The translations under genes were made by a program, and so were the position numbers. A stretch of DNA of 64,000 nucleotides from an uncultured Faecalibacterium sp. GTDB lineage: Bacteria > Bacillota > Clostridia > Oscillospirales > Acutalibacteraceae. The DNA lies in contig CAYZOU010000005.1 in NCBI GenBank assembly GCA_964480405.1, positions 39,117 to 103,116 of the forward strand, in the 5' to 3' direction. The first letter of the stretch is position 1. Each line of letters opens with the position of its first letter. This document shows, in pieces, positions 36,024-43,565 of the stretch. Below the pieces are notes generated by a model. The model was not told the origin of the DNA and searched no databases. It saw nothing but the letters and a program-made list of their open reading frames with translations.

Positions 36024-36150
36024 GTGGGCTGCACGGAGCCTGCATTTAGGGTGCATATCAACCGATCGCACGGGGTCGGTGCGTACCCGAAAAGACGGAA
36101 GTCAACTAAAAAACAGCTTTCACAAGGATTTGTGGAGGCTGTTAATTATT
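36024..36150 (+). promoter_or_regulatory. Structured 5' leader with two GCACGG-loop hairpins and a terminator-like hairpin
   Basis: Hairpin gggcu-GCACGG-agccu. A gggugc/gcguaccc stem encloses accgauc-GCACGG-ggucggu. Then aacagc..cacaa-ggat-ttgtg..gctgtt is followed by AAUUAUUUUA. Confidence 0.45.
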
Positions 36151-36168
36151 TTAGGAAAAGGAGAAAAC

Positions 36169-37323
36169 ATGGATTACAAGTTAAATATTTCATCACTCGA
36201 AACGCAAGTCGTCGAAGTCAAGCAGTTCGAGCATAACGTGACAAAGGTCTCGGCAACATTCAATGCCGAGGATATTCACGAGGATCTCATCGACCTCACG
36301 CCCTGCATTTTGCTGTCCTTCGGCGAGAAAATCACCAAGGATAACGGCTTGAGCTACATCATCGCCGACAACACAGCCGGCATAAGCTGGCGGATCTCAC
36401 AGGAGTGTACTCAAAAGGCGGGTACATATTTCGCCCAGTTCGCATTCATCGACAAGGACGAAACCATTAAGGCGTACACGGACAAATTCATTTTCAGGGT
36501 CTTGCCGTCGGTGGACATTCAAAAAGCGGTATTTGAATATAAGCCGAGATTCCTCGAAGCATTTTGGAACAAGATCGTCGACAAAATCAGCGAAATGCTG
36601 CCCAAAAAGGTCAGCGAGCTCGAAAACGATGCGGAGTATATCAGCACAACAAACACTCTGTCGGAATATGCTAAAACGACGGAGGTCAACAAGGCGCTCG
36701 AAAGCTACAGCACAACTGCGGAAATTGACGAAAAGCTCACCGACTATGCCACCCACGGCGACACTACCTCGGAAATATATGAATTTTACAGAACGAGGAA
36801 CGCTCTATACACTGCAACTTGCAATGTTCCGCACAAGGTCCAAGAGACGACAATGCTCGGTATGACATTCATTCCCGATTCGACATCGACCTACTTTCAG
36901 AGCATACTCATTGACAAGTTTTCCGATTTGACAAATTTCAAGGTCTCCGACTTTATAATAAACATTTACACAATGGAAATCAAATCAACGGTTTCCGCTA
37001 CTGTGAAGGTTGAAGTCAATGTCGGAAGCTCCGGGTCGGGCATTCTCGTCTTCACCAATGCCGATGTGCTTGTGAACGATGAGCCTTCAAATGCTTTCAT
37101 ATCTTATGAAAATGTGCTGGGCGTTCCCCGTGTCAGATACAGCAGGCTGAAGACAAACGTGGGCATCATTCCCATTTCTTCAAAGAGCAGATATCTCGGC
37201 ATAACCACTCCGCCGTATATAAAGAATATCAAGATCACGTTCGTGCCGACAGATCCGACAGCACCGACGACCAACTTTCTGTCCAGCTTTCAGATCAAGG
37301 TGTCGGGCAAAAAAATAAACTAA
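36169..37323 (+). CDS. Phage tail-fibre / baseplate (BppU-like) receptor-binding-type protein
   Basis: The N-terminal domain pattern resembles BppU_N-type domains, from my recollection. It is followed by the ELENDAEYIS motif and Y-x-x-T-x-E-[VI]-[ND] repeats typical of Firmicutes phage fibres. Holin and lysin genes follow. Start at 36169 with an AAAGGAG RBS. Confidence 0.5.
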   Translation: MDYKLNISSLETQVVEVKQFEHNVTKVSATFNAEDIHEDLIDLTPCILLSFGEKITKDNGLSYIIADNTAGISWRISQECTQKAGTYFAQFAFIDKDETIKAYTDKFIFRVLPSVDIQKAVFEYKPRFLEAFWNKIVDKISEMLPKKVSELENDAEYISTTNTLSEYAKTTEVNKALESYSTTAEIDEKLTDYATHGDTTSEIYEFYRTRNALYTATCNVPHKVQETTMLGMTFIPDSTSTYFQSILIDKFSDLTNFKVSDFIINIYTMEIKSTVSATVKVEVNVGSSGSGILVFTNADVLVNDEPSNAFISYENVLGVPRVRYSRLKTNVGIIPISSKSRYLGITTPPYIKNIKITFVPTDPTAPTTNFLSSFQIKVSGKKIN

Positions 37324-37339
37324 ATCAGGAGGGATAACA

Positions 37340-37549
37340 ATGACAGATTTTATTAAGGCAAGACCGTGGCTCTACCGTGGATTGCGAACATTTTTTCAGG
37401 CTTTTTTAAGTACACTTGCAGGTCAGCTGCTTCTCGTAGATCAAAGCGGAATTGATGAAAAGCTGATATTTTCGGTTCTCGTTTCGTCAATGGCGGCGGG
37501 GCTTGCGGCGCTCATGAACACCGATTCGGCGTCAAAAGCCGATGACTAA
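37340..37549 (+). CDS. Holin-like protein, two TM helices
   Basis: 69 aa with TM1 RTFFQAFLSTLAGQLLLV and TM2 LIFSVLVSSMAAGLAALM, then a charged C-terminus. Located immediately upstream of the endolysin. Confidence 0.55.
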   Translation: MTDFIKARPWLYRGLRTFFQAFLSTLAGQLLLVDQSGIDEKLIFSVLVSSMAAGLAALMNTDSASKADD

Positions 37550-37576
37550 TAATATATTATGAGGAAGGGAGATAAT

Positions 37577-38260
37577 ATGTCAGTAAAAAAATATTCTTTG
37601 AAAAAAGACGGAGATAAGAGCTTATCAAAGCATTTTAAAGTCAGAGAGTTCAGAAGCAAGGACGGCGCTGACAAAATATATATCGAAACAAATCTTATCG
37701 AAGCTCTCGAATCAGTACACAGTCATTTTGACTGCTCGAAAATAATAATCATATCGGGCTACCGCACACCGAGTCACGACAAAGCGGTCGGCGGAAGCGG
37801 CGGCGGAAGTCACACTAAGGGCAAAGCCGCCGACTTTGTGGCATACGACAAAAACGGCAAAAAGATCTCATCAAAGGAGGTCTCGCTGTATCTTGAAGAT
37901 ATAGGCGTATTGGGCATAGGCTACCGCTCCGGCGGCATCGAGACCAGCACTCATTTTGACGTCGGATACCGAAAGAGAAAGTGGTACGGCGACGAAAAAA
38001 AGAGCACCGCCACCTCTATCGGCTCAAGCTTCTACAACTATTTCGGTATAAAGTATAAGCAAAACATGGCGATAGCGTCGGTCAATATAAGAAAAGAGCC
38101 GTCACTTTCCGGAACGAAGGTCGGCTTATTGAAGATCGGAGAAAAAATCTCTGTCTCAAACTGTGACAAGATAAGCTCCGACGGCTATGTTTGGAGCAAG
38201 GTTAAGCTCGGAAATGCTCACTACTGGATAGCCGACCGATATTTGAAGGAGGTCAAGTGA
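37577..38260 (+). CDS. Endolysin: M15-family zinc peptidase (YcbK/VanY-like) with a C-terminal SH3-like cell-wall-binding domain
   Basis: HTKGKAADF and STHFDV metal-ligand motifs. The C-terminal MAIASVNIRKEPSLSGTKVGLLKIGEKISV...WSKV is SH3b-like. RBS is GGAAGGGAG. Confidence 0.8.
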   Translation: MSVKKYSLKKDGDKSLSKHFKVREFRSKDGADKIYIETNLIEALESVHSHFDCSKIIIISGYRTPSHDKAVGGSGGGSHTKGKAADFVAYDKNGKKISSKEVSLYLEDIGVLGIGYRSGGIETSTHFDVGYRKRKWYGDEKKSTATSIGSSFYNYFGIKYKQNMAIASVNIRKEPSLSGTKVGLLKIGEKISVSNCDKISSDGYVWSKVKLGNAHYWIADRYLKEVK

Positions 38261-38481
38261 TGAGCGAAACCGTCATTGTTGCGGTGATATCGCTTGTCGG
38301 AACGCTGTTCGGCTCCGTTATCGGAATCCTCGCCTCAAACAAGCTGACTGCGTACCGCATAGAACAGCTTGAAAAGAAGGTCGACAAACACAACAGCGTT
38401 GTTGAGCGGACATTTCAGCTTGAAGAAAAGGTCAAGGTTGCGAATCATCGGATCGAAGATTTAGAGAAAAAGGTCGGTTGA
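38260..38481 (+). CDS. Small N-terminally anchored coiled-coil protein (lysis-cassette accessory, XhlA-like composition but inverted topology)
   Basis: TM helix VIVAVISLVGTLFGSVIGILA, then a heptad coiled coil (IEQLEKKVDKH...RIEDLEKKV). The start overlaps the lysin stop (TGATG) and GAAGGAGG lies 6 nt upstream. Confidence 0.6.
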   Translation: MSETVIVAVISLVGTLFGSVIGILASNKLTAYRIEQLEKKVDKHNSVVERTFQLEEKVKVANHRIEDLEKKVG

Positions 38482-38486
38482 TAAAA

Positions 38487-38552
38487 CCCGCCTGCGAAGC
38501 AGGCGGACGGTGAATTATACGCCACCGCACTCGACGAAGTCGGGTGCGGTGG
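38487..38552 (+). repeat. Family A repeat (leading hairpin plus a second hairpin), probably acting as the operon terminator
   Basis: cccgcctgc-gaa-gcaggcgg, then ccaccgcac...gtgcggtgg. Confidence 0.7.
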
Positions 38553-38607
38553 CTATCTTTCGCCGTGAAGCTTGCCAAAAGATTCCGCCGAAACAGCCAA
38601 ATCGCAC

Positions 38608-38637
38608 TTGACCCGACGGAAAATATGTAGTAATATA
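38608..38637 (+). promoter_or_regulatory. Candidate promoter for the 38802 operon
   Basis: TTGACC, 17 nt, TAATAT (cttgacccgacggaaaatatgtagtaatat). Confidence 0.45.
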
Positions 38638-38801
38638 TAAATGATTAGAATTGCGGATTTCTTTTTTTCGTACGGTTAAGCGGTCGATAGCTCAAGCCGA
38701 CTGCTCAAAGCTCAACTTGAGCGTACCGAAAAATATTAAAATAAGCCGCTTAAAACATTTTGAAAGGCAGAGGGTCGGCTTCATGACCCGAAAACATAGA
38801 T

Positions 38802-39491
38802 ATGAACGGTATATATAAAGGTGAAATTCTCAACGTAACAAGCTTTGACAAGGGCTTCGTGTTCGCTGTCAAAAAAGAAAACGATAAGGGCGTTTTGATG
38901 GTCAAATTTTACGGCTACGATGCGGTGAACGACAAGTTCACTTCAATCAAGAAGAACGTCTATTTGAAGATAAAATTCGGATTTGAATATGAAGACATGG
39001 TCGAAACCCTCGGCGACTACGTTTCTTGCGACACCTCAACGCTTTCCGACGGCAGACTCATGGCTATCTATCCCGGCGGCGAGTATTACATTTTCAATCC
39101 CGACGGCACTGTCTACCTCTCGTCACAGCTGACATATAAAGGCTCGGCGGCTTGCGGTATAGTCCCCGACGGCGATTGCATTTGGTGCGTTGTCCCCGAT
39201 GAAAACGCCATCATAAAATATAACCCGACCGATGCCAGAATCCCCATGCGTATAGGCGGCGGTGCGGCTACAACTTTCAGCAGACCGTGCTCCATTTCGA
39301 AGGACGGCGACATTCTCTATGTCTGCAATCACGGCAGCAGAAAGATCAGAGCCTACAACACGGCAACAAACAAGGTCAAGGATTTCATGAGCTTTGATGA
39401 AAGAGTTTTCAAATATATTATCAGCGGCAAGCGTAAATTTGTTTGGCTTAAAAGCGGACTTTACGAGGCTGACGAGAACAGGAGTGATTAA
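38802..39491 (+). CDS. Hypothetical protein with beta-propeller/NHL-like repeats, no signal peptide
   Basis: Repeated D-G-x-[IL]-[YW]-V segments (DGDCIWCVVPDEN, DGDILYVCNHGSRKIRAY). No convincing RBS at the listed ATG, so the start is uncertain. Confidence 0.5.
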   Translation: MNGIYKGEILNVTSFDKGFVFAVKKENDKGVLMVKFYGYDAVNDKFTSIKKNVYLKIKFGFEYEDMVETLGDYVSCDTSTLSDGRLMAIYPGGEYYIFNPDGTVYLSSQLTYKGSAACGIVPDGDCIWCVVPDENAIIKYNPTDARIPMRIGGGAATTFSRPCSISKDGDILYVCNHGSRKIRAYNTATNKVKDFMSFDERVFKYIISGKRKFVWLKSGLYEADENRSD

Positions 39492-39493
39492 GC

Positions 39494-39784
39494 ATGAAAG
39501 ATTTTTTAAAGCTTGATGTTATTGTTCAAAGGATATCAAAAAAGCTAAAAGGCAAGCATAAGATTACAAAATTAATTAAGAGTATCAGCTTTGCGTGGTT
39601 TATTTTCACGATCGTTGCGACCGTTTGGTCACTCATACCCAAAGAAGAAAAGATGCCCGAGGTTGACGGTGCTGAGCTTCTTGCGGCGCAGCTTGAAAAA
39701 GAAAGTGCCAAGCTTGAAGAATCGGAGTCAACCGATACAGATGCAATTATAACTGATTGCGCTGAGCCCGTTGCGGTTATTTAA
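39494..39784 (+). CDS. Small membrane protein, function unknown
   Basis: One TM (FAWFIFTIVATVWSLI) and an acidic tail. Its ATG lies 2 nt after the upstream stop. Confidence 0.5.
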   Translation: MKDFLKLDVIVQRISKKLKGKHKITKLIKSISFAWFIFTIVATVWSLIPKEEKMPEVDGAELLAAQLEKESAKLEESESTDTDAIITDCAEPVAVI

Positions 39785-39801
39785 GCCATATCAAAATCGA
39801 C

Positions 39802-39834
39802 AAAAATCCCCGAAGTATAATCTTCGGGGATTTT
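39802..39834. terminator. Bidirectional terminator between convergent genes
   Basis: aaaaatccccgaag-tataat-cttcggggattttt. Confidence 0.85.
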
Positions 39835-40851
39835 TTATTTGCAATTATAATCAATAGGTAGGGTTGCGATTGCATTGAGATCGAGATCTGCAAAATTTCC
39901 GCTCAAAGCCTCATAATATCCCTGAGAGCCGACCATTGCGGCATTGTCACCGCAATATTTAAGCTCCGGCACAAACAACCGGCGTGAATACCTGTCGCAA
40001 GATTCCTGCATTCTCCGTCTGAGAACCGAATTTGCGGAAACGCCTCCTGCGAGAACTATCTTGTCATATCCGAAGTCACTGCAAGCTTTTTCGACATTTG
40101 AAACTAAGCAGTCAACAACAGCCGACATAAACGATGCACCGAGATTTTCGATATCGACCGCCTCCCCTTTCTGAGAAGCGTTATGGATAATATTTATAAC
40201 AGAGGTCTTTAGCCCCGAAAAGCTGAAGTCATACGGATTCCCGTCAACTCTCGGATGAGGGAATTTATAGCTTGTGCTGTCGCCGTTTTTGGCGACCTTA
40301 TCGAGATTCAGTCCGCCCGGATACGGCAAGCCCATTGCCCGTGCGGCTTTATCAAGCGCCTCACCTGCGGCATCATCTCGAGTTCTTCCGATAATCTTAA
40401 AGTCGGTATAGTCCTTGACCTCGATCATATGTGTATGTCCACCGCTGACGACCAAACAGAAAAACGGCGGTTTGAGCTCTTGATGTGTTATATAATTCGA
40501 CGCTATATGTGAGCGAAGATGATGCACCGGTATAAGCGGCTTTCCTGTCGCAAAGGATAGCCCTTTTGCGTAATTCACTCCGACAAGAAGCGCACCGATA
40601 AGTCCGGGGGCGTATGTCACGGCTATTGCATCTATATCGTCTATTGAACATTCCGCATCTGCAAGTGCCTTTTCGACCACGCCGCATATAGCTTCTGCGT
40701 GTCTGCGTGAGGCTATCTCCGGAACGACGCCGCCGTATAATTTATGCTCCTCTATTTGTGTTGCGACCGCATTTGACAGCACCATTCTTCCGTCTTCTAC
40801 AACGGATGCCGCTGTTTCATCGCATGAGGATTCTATGCCTAAAATTTTCAT
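39835..40851 (-). CDS. tsaD: tRNA N6-adenosine threonylcarbamoyltransferase
   Basis: ILGIESSCDETAASVV, HHLRSH and VSGGHT motifs. Confidence 0.95.
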   Translation of the reverse strand: MKILGIESSCDETAASVVEDGRMVLSNAVATQIEEHKLYGGVVPEIASRRHAEAICGVVEKALADAECSIDDIDAIAVTYAPGLIGALLVGVNYAKGLSFATGKPLIPVHHLRSHIASNYITHQELKPPFFCLVVSGGHTHMIEVKDYTDFKIIGRTRDDAAGEALDKAARAMGLPYPGGLNLDKVAKNGDSTSYKFPHPRVDGNPYDFSFSGLKTSVINIIHNASQKGEAVDIENLGASFMSAVVDCLVSNVEKACSDFGYDKIVLAGGVSANSVLRRRMQESCDRYSRRLFVPELKYCGDNAAMVGSQGYYEALSGNFADLDLNAIATLPIDYNCK

Positions 40852-41294
40852 TTTTCAAGCTCCTTGGTCATTATAATTCCGTCTTCAGTGGGACTTTGAT
40901 AAAACCTTTTGCGTATCCCGACCCGAACATAGCCGCTTTTCTCATAAAGCTTTATTGCGGCTTCGTTACTTTCTCTTACTTCAAGTGAAATGAACTCCCC
41001 GTTTTCCGACTCGGCTGTTTCTTCCAATTTTTCAAGAAGCTTTGTCGCCGCACCGTTTTTGCGGTACTTAGATGTGACGGCTATATTATCAATATAATTT
41101 TCACCTGCAACGCTATGCATTCCGCCGTAGCCGATGATTTGATCATCTGCGACTGCGACGAAGAAATGAGCGTTCGGATTATCAAGCTCCTCACTAAGCG
41201 CTTTTTCGCTCCACGGTGTCGAGAAGCATTCACGCTCAATTTCGGCGATTGCGGCTATATGGTTTGAGTTCATTTTTTCTATCGTAAAATTCAT
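40848..41294 (-). CDS. rimI: Ribosomal-protein-alanine N-acetyltransferase (GNAT)
   Basis: GNAT motif A region (IAVTSKYRKNGAATKLL). Overlaps the tsaD start. Confidence 0.85.
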   Translation of the reverse strand: MNFTIEKMNSNHIAAIAEIERECFSTPWSEKALSEELDNPNAHFFVAVADDQIIGYGGMHSVAGENYIDNIAVTSKYRKNGAATKLLEKLEETAESENGEFISLEVRESNEAAIKLYEKSGYVRVGIRKRFYQSPTEDGIIMTKELEK

Positions 41295-41334
41295 GCAACG
41301 GCTCTTTTCTGAAGTTTGTCATTATATGATAACA

Positions 41335-41412
41335 CAAACGGTGGATTTGTCAAGGGGGGCCGGGTGGGCGGGTGGGCGGGCGCTAAGCGATGAGCGTGCG
41401 CCCCCGCTGATG
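41335..41412. repeat. GC-rich repeat-related segment
   Basis: ggccgggtgggcgggtgggcgggcgc...gcgcccccgctgat shares the cagcgggg(c)gc block with family A-prime. Confidence 0.5.
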
Positions 41413-41451
41413 AAATTACGGTAATGACGGGGCTGAAAGGCTGATCGGGCC

Positions 41452-41685
41452 TTATGCGACGAAGTTGCACTCTTTGCGATTTATCTCAGGTCGTTTTACA
41501 TTTACCTGATTTGCCGAGCGTTCGACAACGTGTATATTCTTTTCTCTCTTAGCTTGCGCTCTGCTGTCTCTTATGACCTCGATGATCTTATCTTCAAGGT
41601 CGATGAGTCTGTCCTCATTTTTTAATGCCCATATTATGAGCGGTGTGAAAACCGAAACGAAAGCTATAAATAAACCTAATGACAT
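41452..41685 (-). CDS. 77-aa N-terminally anchored membrane protein under LexA-box control (candidate SOS cell-division inhibitor)
   Basis: TM helix LGLFIAFVSVFTPLIIWAL followed by a charged 55-aa tail. RBS is AGGAGG. Three LexA boxes lie in its promoter region. Confidence 0.65.
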   Translation of the reverse strand: MSLGLFIAFVSVFTPLIIWALKNEDRLIDLEDKIIEVIRDSRAQAKREKNIHVVERSANQVNVKRPEINRKECNFVA

Positions 41686-41706
41686 AGTAATTACCTCCTA
41701 AAATTA

Positions 41707-41801
41707 GAACATTTGTTCCTTACAAGTGCTATTATATCAGATTTTTTACGTTTGTCAATACAAATGTTCGATAAATTTCGAGTTTTTTCGAAAATTTGTT
41801 C
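41707..41801 (-). promoter_or_regulatory. SOS-type promoter: TTGACA-16 nt-TATAAT flanked and overlapped by three LexA boxes
   Basis: On the minus strand, -35 TTGACA is at 41753-41758 and -10 TATAAT at 41731-41736. The boxes are GAACAAATGTTC (41707-41718, perfect), GAACATTTGTAT (41758-41769) and GAACAAATTTTC (41790-41801). Confidence 0.75.
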
Positions 41802-41913
41802 GATAGCTTGCAATGCCCTTGTCTTAATATTGCTATGCTCGCTTTCGAAAATTTATGTCCTATTTCATTTGACAGGTCAATTATAGCTTAATATCTGTCC
41901 GAAAAATCGGTCT

Positions 41914-41946
41914 CATTAAAAAAAGCACGGCTTTCACCGTGCTTTT
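41914..41946 (-). terminator. Terminator after the metallophosphoesterase gene
   Basis: aaaagcacgg-ctttca-ccgtgctttt with flanking A/T tracts. Confidence 0.8.
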
Positions 41947-41960
41947 CGCTATGTATTCAA

Positions 41961-43433
41961 TTAAAATACGTCATCAACTATATAGCTTTTGAGAATCTCC
42001 GGCAATGCCTTTAATACTCTCGGAAGCCACTTTAAAAGAACATAATTGATAAGGCTTGCCATCGTTCCGATAGCATCCGATGCATACTCTAACACATTGG
42101 TTTCGTTTTCGCCGTCAAAGCTCGGTGTAGCAGCGCCTGTTTCCTTGGTGAGCGTGAAGCTGTCGATAAGTGTAACATCGTCGCTGTCATCGGAGATCAC
42201 ATAAGAATTGAATGTGAGGTTTCCGTCATTGATATTGAGCGTGTTGAAGCATGAGCCGATGTAAGAATCGGACTGTGAATCGAAATTATTTCCGTCGAAA
42301 TAGTGACCGTCTTTCTGTGAGATCATCGTGTTGATGAATTCTTTCTTTGTGAAATTATCAACCGCAAACTTTCTTACTTCATATCTCTTTGAGCCGGCTG
42401 TTCCGCAAAGAACATAGACCGTTCCGTCGTCGCTGACTGCGTTATCCGTAAGCGGCTTTGTTCTGAGATACTGGTGGTCGTGACCCGACAAAACAAGGTC
42501 AACATCGCAGCTGTCGCATACGGCAGTGAGCGCCTCCTGCAAATACATCGCATCCGGCCACTTTCCGTCCTTGCCAAGCGTGTATGGCGTTTTGTGCATA
42601 AGCACGATTTTCCAATCAGCCGAGCTTGAATTCATATCGTTTTCGAGCCATTTAAGCTGTGCGTCGGAGACTGAAAGCAAGTCGTTGGTGTTGAGCACGG
42701 CAAAGTGCGCATTACCGTAGTCATACGAATAATTGACACCGTTAATATTCTGTACGCTTTCGGTCGTGTCGAGGCAGAACATTTTGTTGAACCAATGGTA
42801 TTTTCCGAGACCGTCATGATTTCCCGCTACGGGAACGAGGGTCGAACCGAGATTCAGACCGTCGAATGCTTCGGCGTAATAGTTCCATTCTTCGTTGTCG
42901 CTGTCGTTGGTGAAGTCGCCAAGGTTGACGGCGAAATCGAGGTCGTCACCTGCCATGCGGTACGCAGTTGAGACAGCTCTTGCTCCGACTGAAAAGCTTG
43001 CGAGCGAGCTTGCCTGAACGTCGGCGAAAACAACAGCATTAACCTTACTGTCGCCGTTGTCGGTCGTGAATGAGCCGACATTGCTCCATGCGTTGCCGTC
43101 ACCGACCCTGTATGAATAGCTTGTTCCCGATTCAAGTCCCGAAACAAGAACCTTATGCATATAATAGTCTTCCCATTTTTCGGTCGTCACGCCGCTTAAT
43201 GTGAGACTGTCGGTGATATCGACATTGTCTTTGTAAACAGCTATTTTTGTCTCGCAATCACTTACCGTGTACCAACAAAAGCCACGTTGAGTTTTGCTGT
43301 CACCGTTAACAGTGCATGAAATTCTGAAAAATCCCGCATCATCAACATATGCCGCAAGCGGTGTCACCGAAAAAGTGAGCAGCATCGCAATGACGAGAAC
43401 TATTGACAGAACTTTTTTCGTCATATTCTTCAT
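41961..43433 (-). CDS. Secreted calcineurin-like metallophosphoesterase (purple-acid-phosphatase-like N-domain)
   Basis: Signal peptide present. Motifs are GDFTND, AGNHD, HKTPY and GHDHQY. Confidence 0.85.
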   Translation of the reverse strand: MKNMTKKVLSIVLVIAMLLTFSVTPLAAYVDDAGFFRISCTVNGDSKTQRGFCWYTVSDCETKIAVYKDNVDITDSLTLSGVTTEKWEDYYMHKVLVSGLESGTSYSYRVGDGNAWSNVGSFTTDNGDSKVNAVVFADVQASSLASFSVGARAVSTAYRMAGDDLDFAVNLGDFTNDSDNEEWNYYAEAFDGLNLGSTLVPVAGNHDGLGKYHWFNKMFCLDTTESVQNINGVNYSYDYGNAHFAVLNTNDLLSVSDAQLKWLENDMNSSSADWKIVLMHKTPYTLGKDGKWPDAMYLQEALTAVCDSCDVDLVLSGHDHQYLRTKPLTDNAVSDDGTVYVLCGTAGSKRYEVRKFAVDNFTKKEFINTMISQKDGHYFDGNNFDSQSDSYIGSCFNTLNINDGNLTFNSYVISDDSDDVTLIDSFTLTKETGAATPSFDGENETNVLEYASDAIGTMASLINYVLLKWLPRVLKALPEILKSYIVDDVF

Positions 43434-43493
43434 AAAAAATTACCTCCGTATTTTATGTCCTATAAATTTTATCACATCAAATGTTAAAAATCA

Positions 43494-43532
43494 ATCAAAA
43501 AAATGAAATCGGTCAAAAATAGACCGATTTCA
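43494..43532 (-). terminator. Terminator after the DUF4352-like gene
   Basis: 11-bp stem tgaaatcggtc/gaccgatttca, with a long T-tract on the minus strand. Confidence 0.8.
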
Positions 43533-43565
43533 GTGTATGACATTCACTTATTTTTCGATAGTTTA

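Noticed and set aside
36024-36110. c-di-GMP-II or guanidine-II (mini-ykkC) riboswitch in the leader of the phage-like operon
   Set aside because: GGGC...UGCAC...GUGCA...AACCGAUCG loosely recalls the c-di-GMP-II 3' half, but there is no room for the 5' stems after the predicted transcription start. The ACGG loops are flanked by C and G/A, not by the G-ACGR-C context I remember for guanidine-II. The resemblance is too weak without a covariance-model search.
35967-39784. Complete or inducible prophage
   Set aside because: Only fibre-like, holin, lysin and accessory genes are present. No integrase, repressor, replication, packaging, capsid or tail-tube genes occur on either side, and the flanks are core genes.
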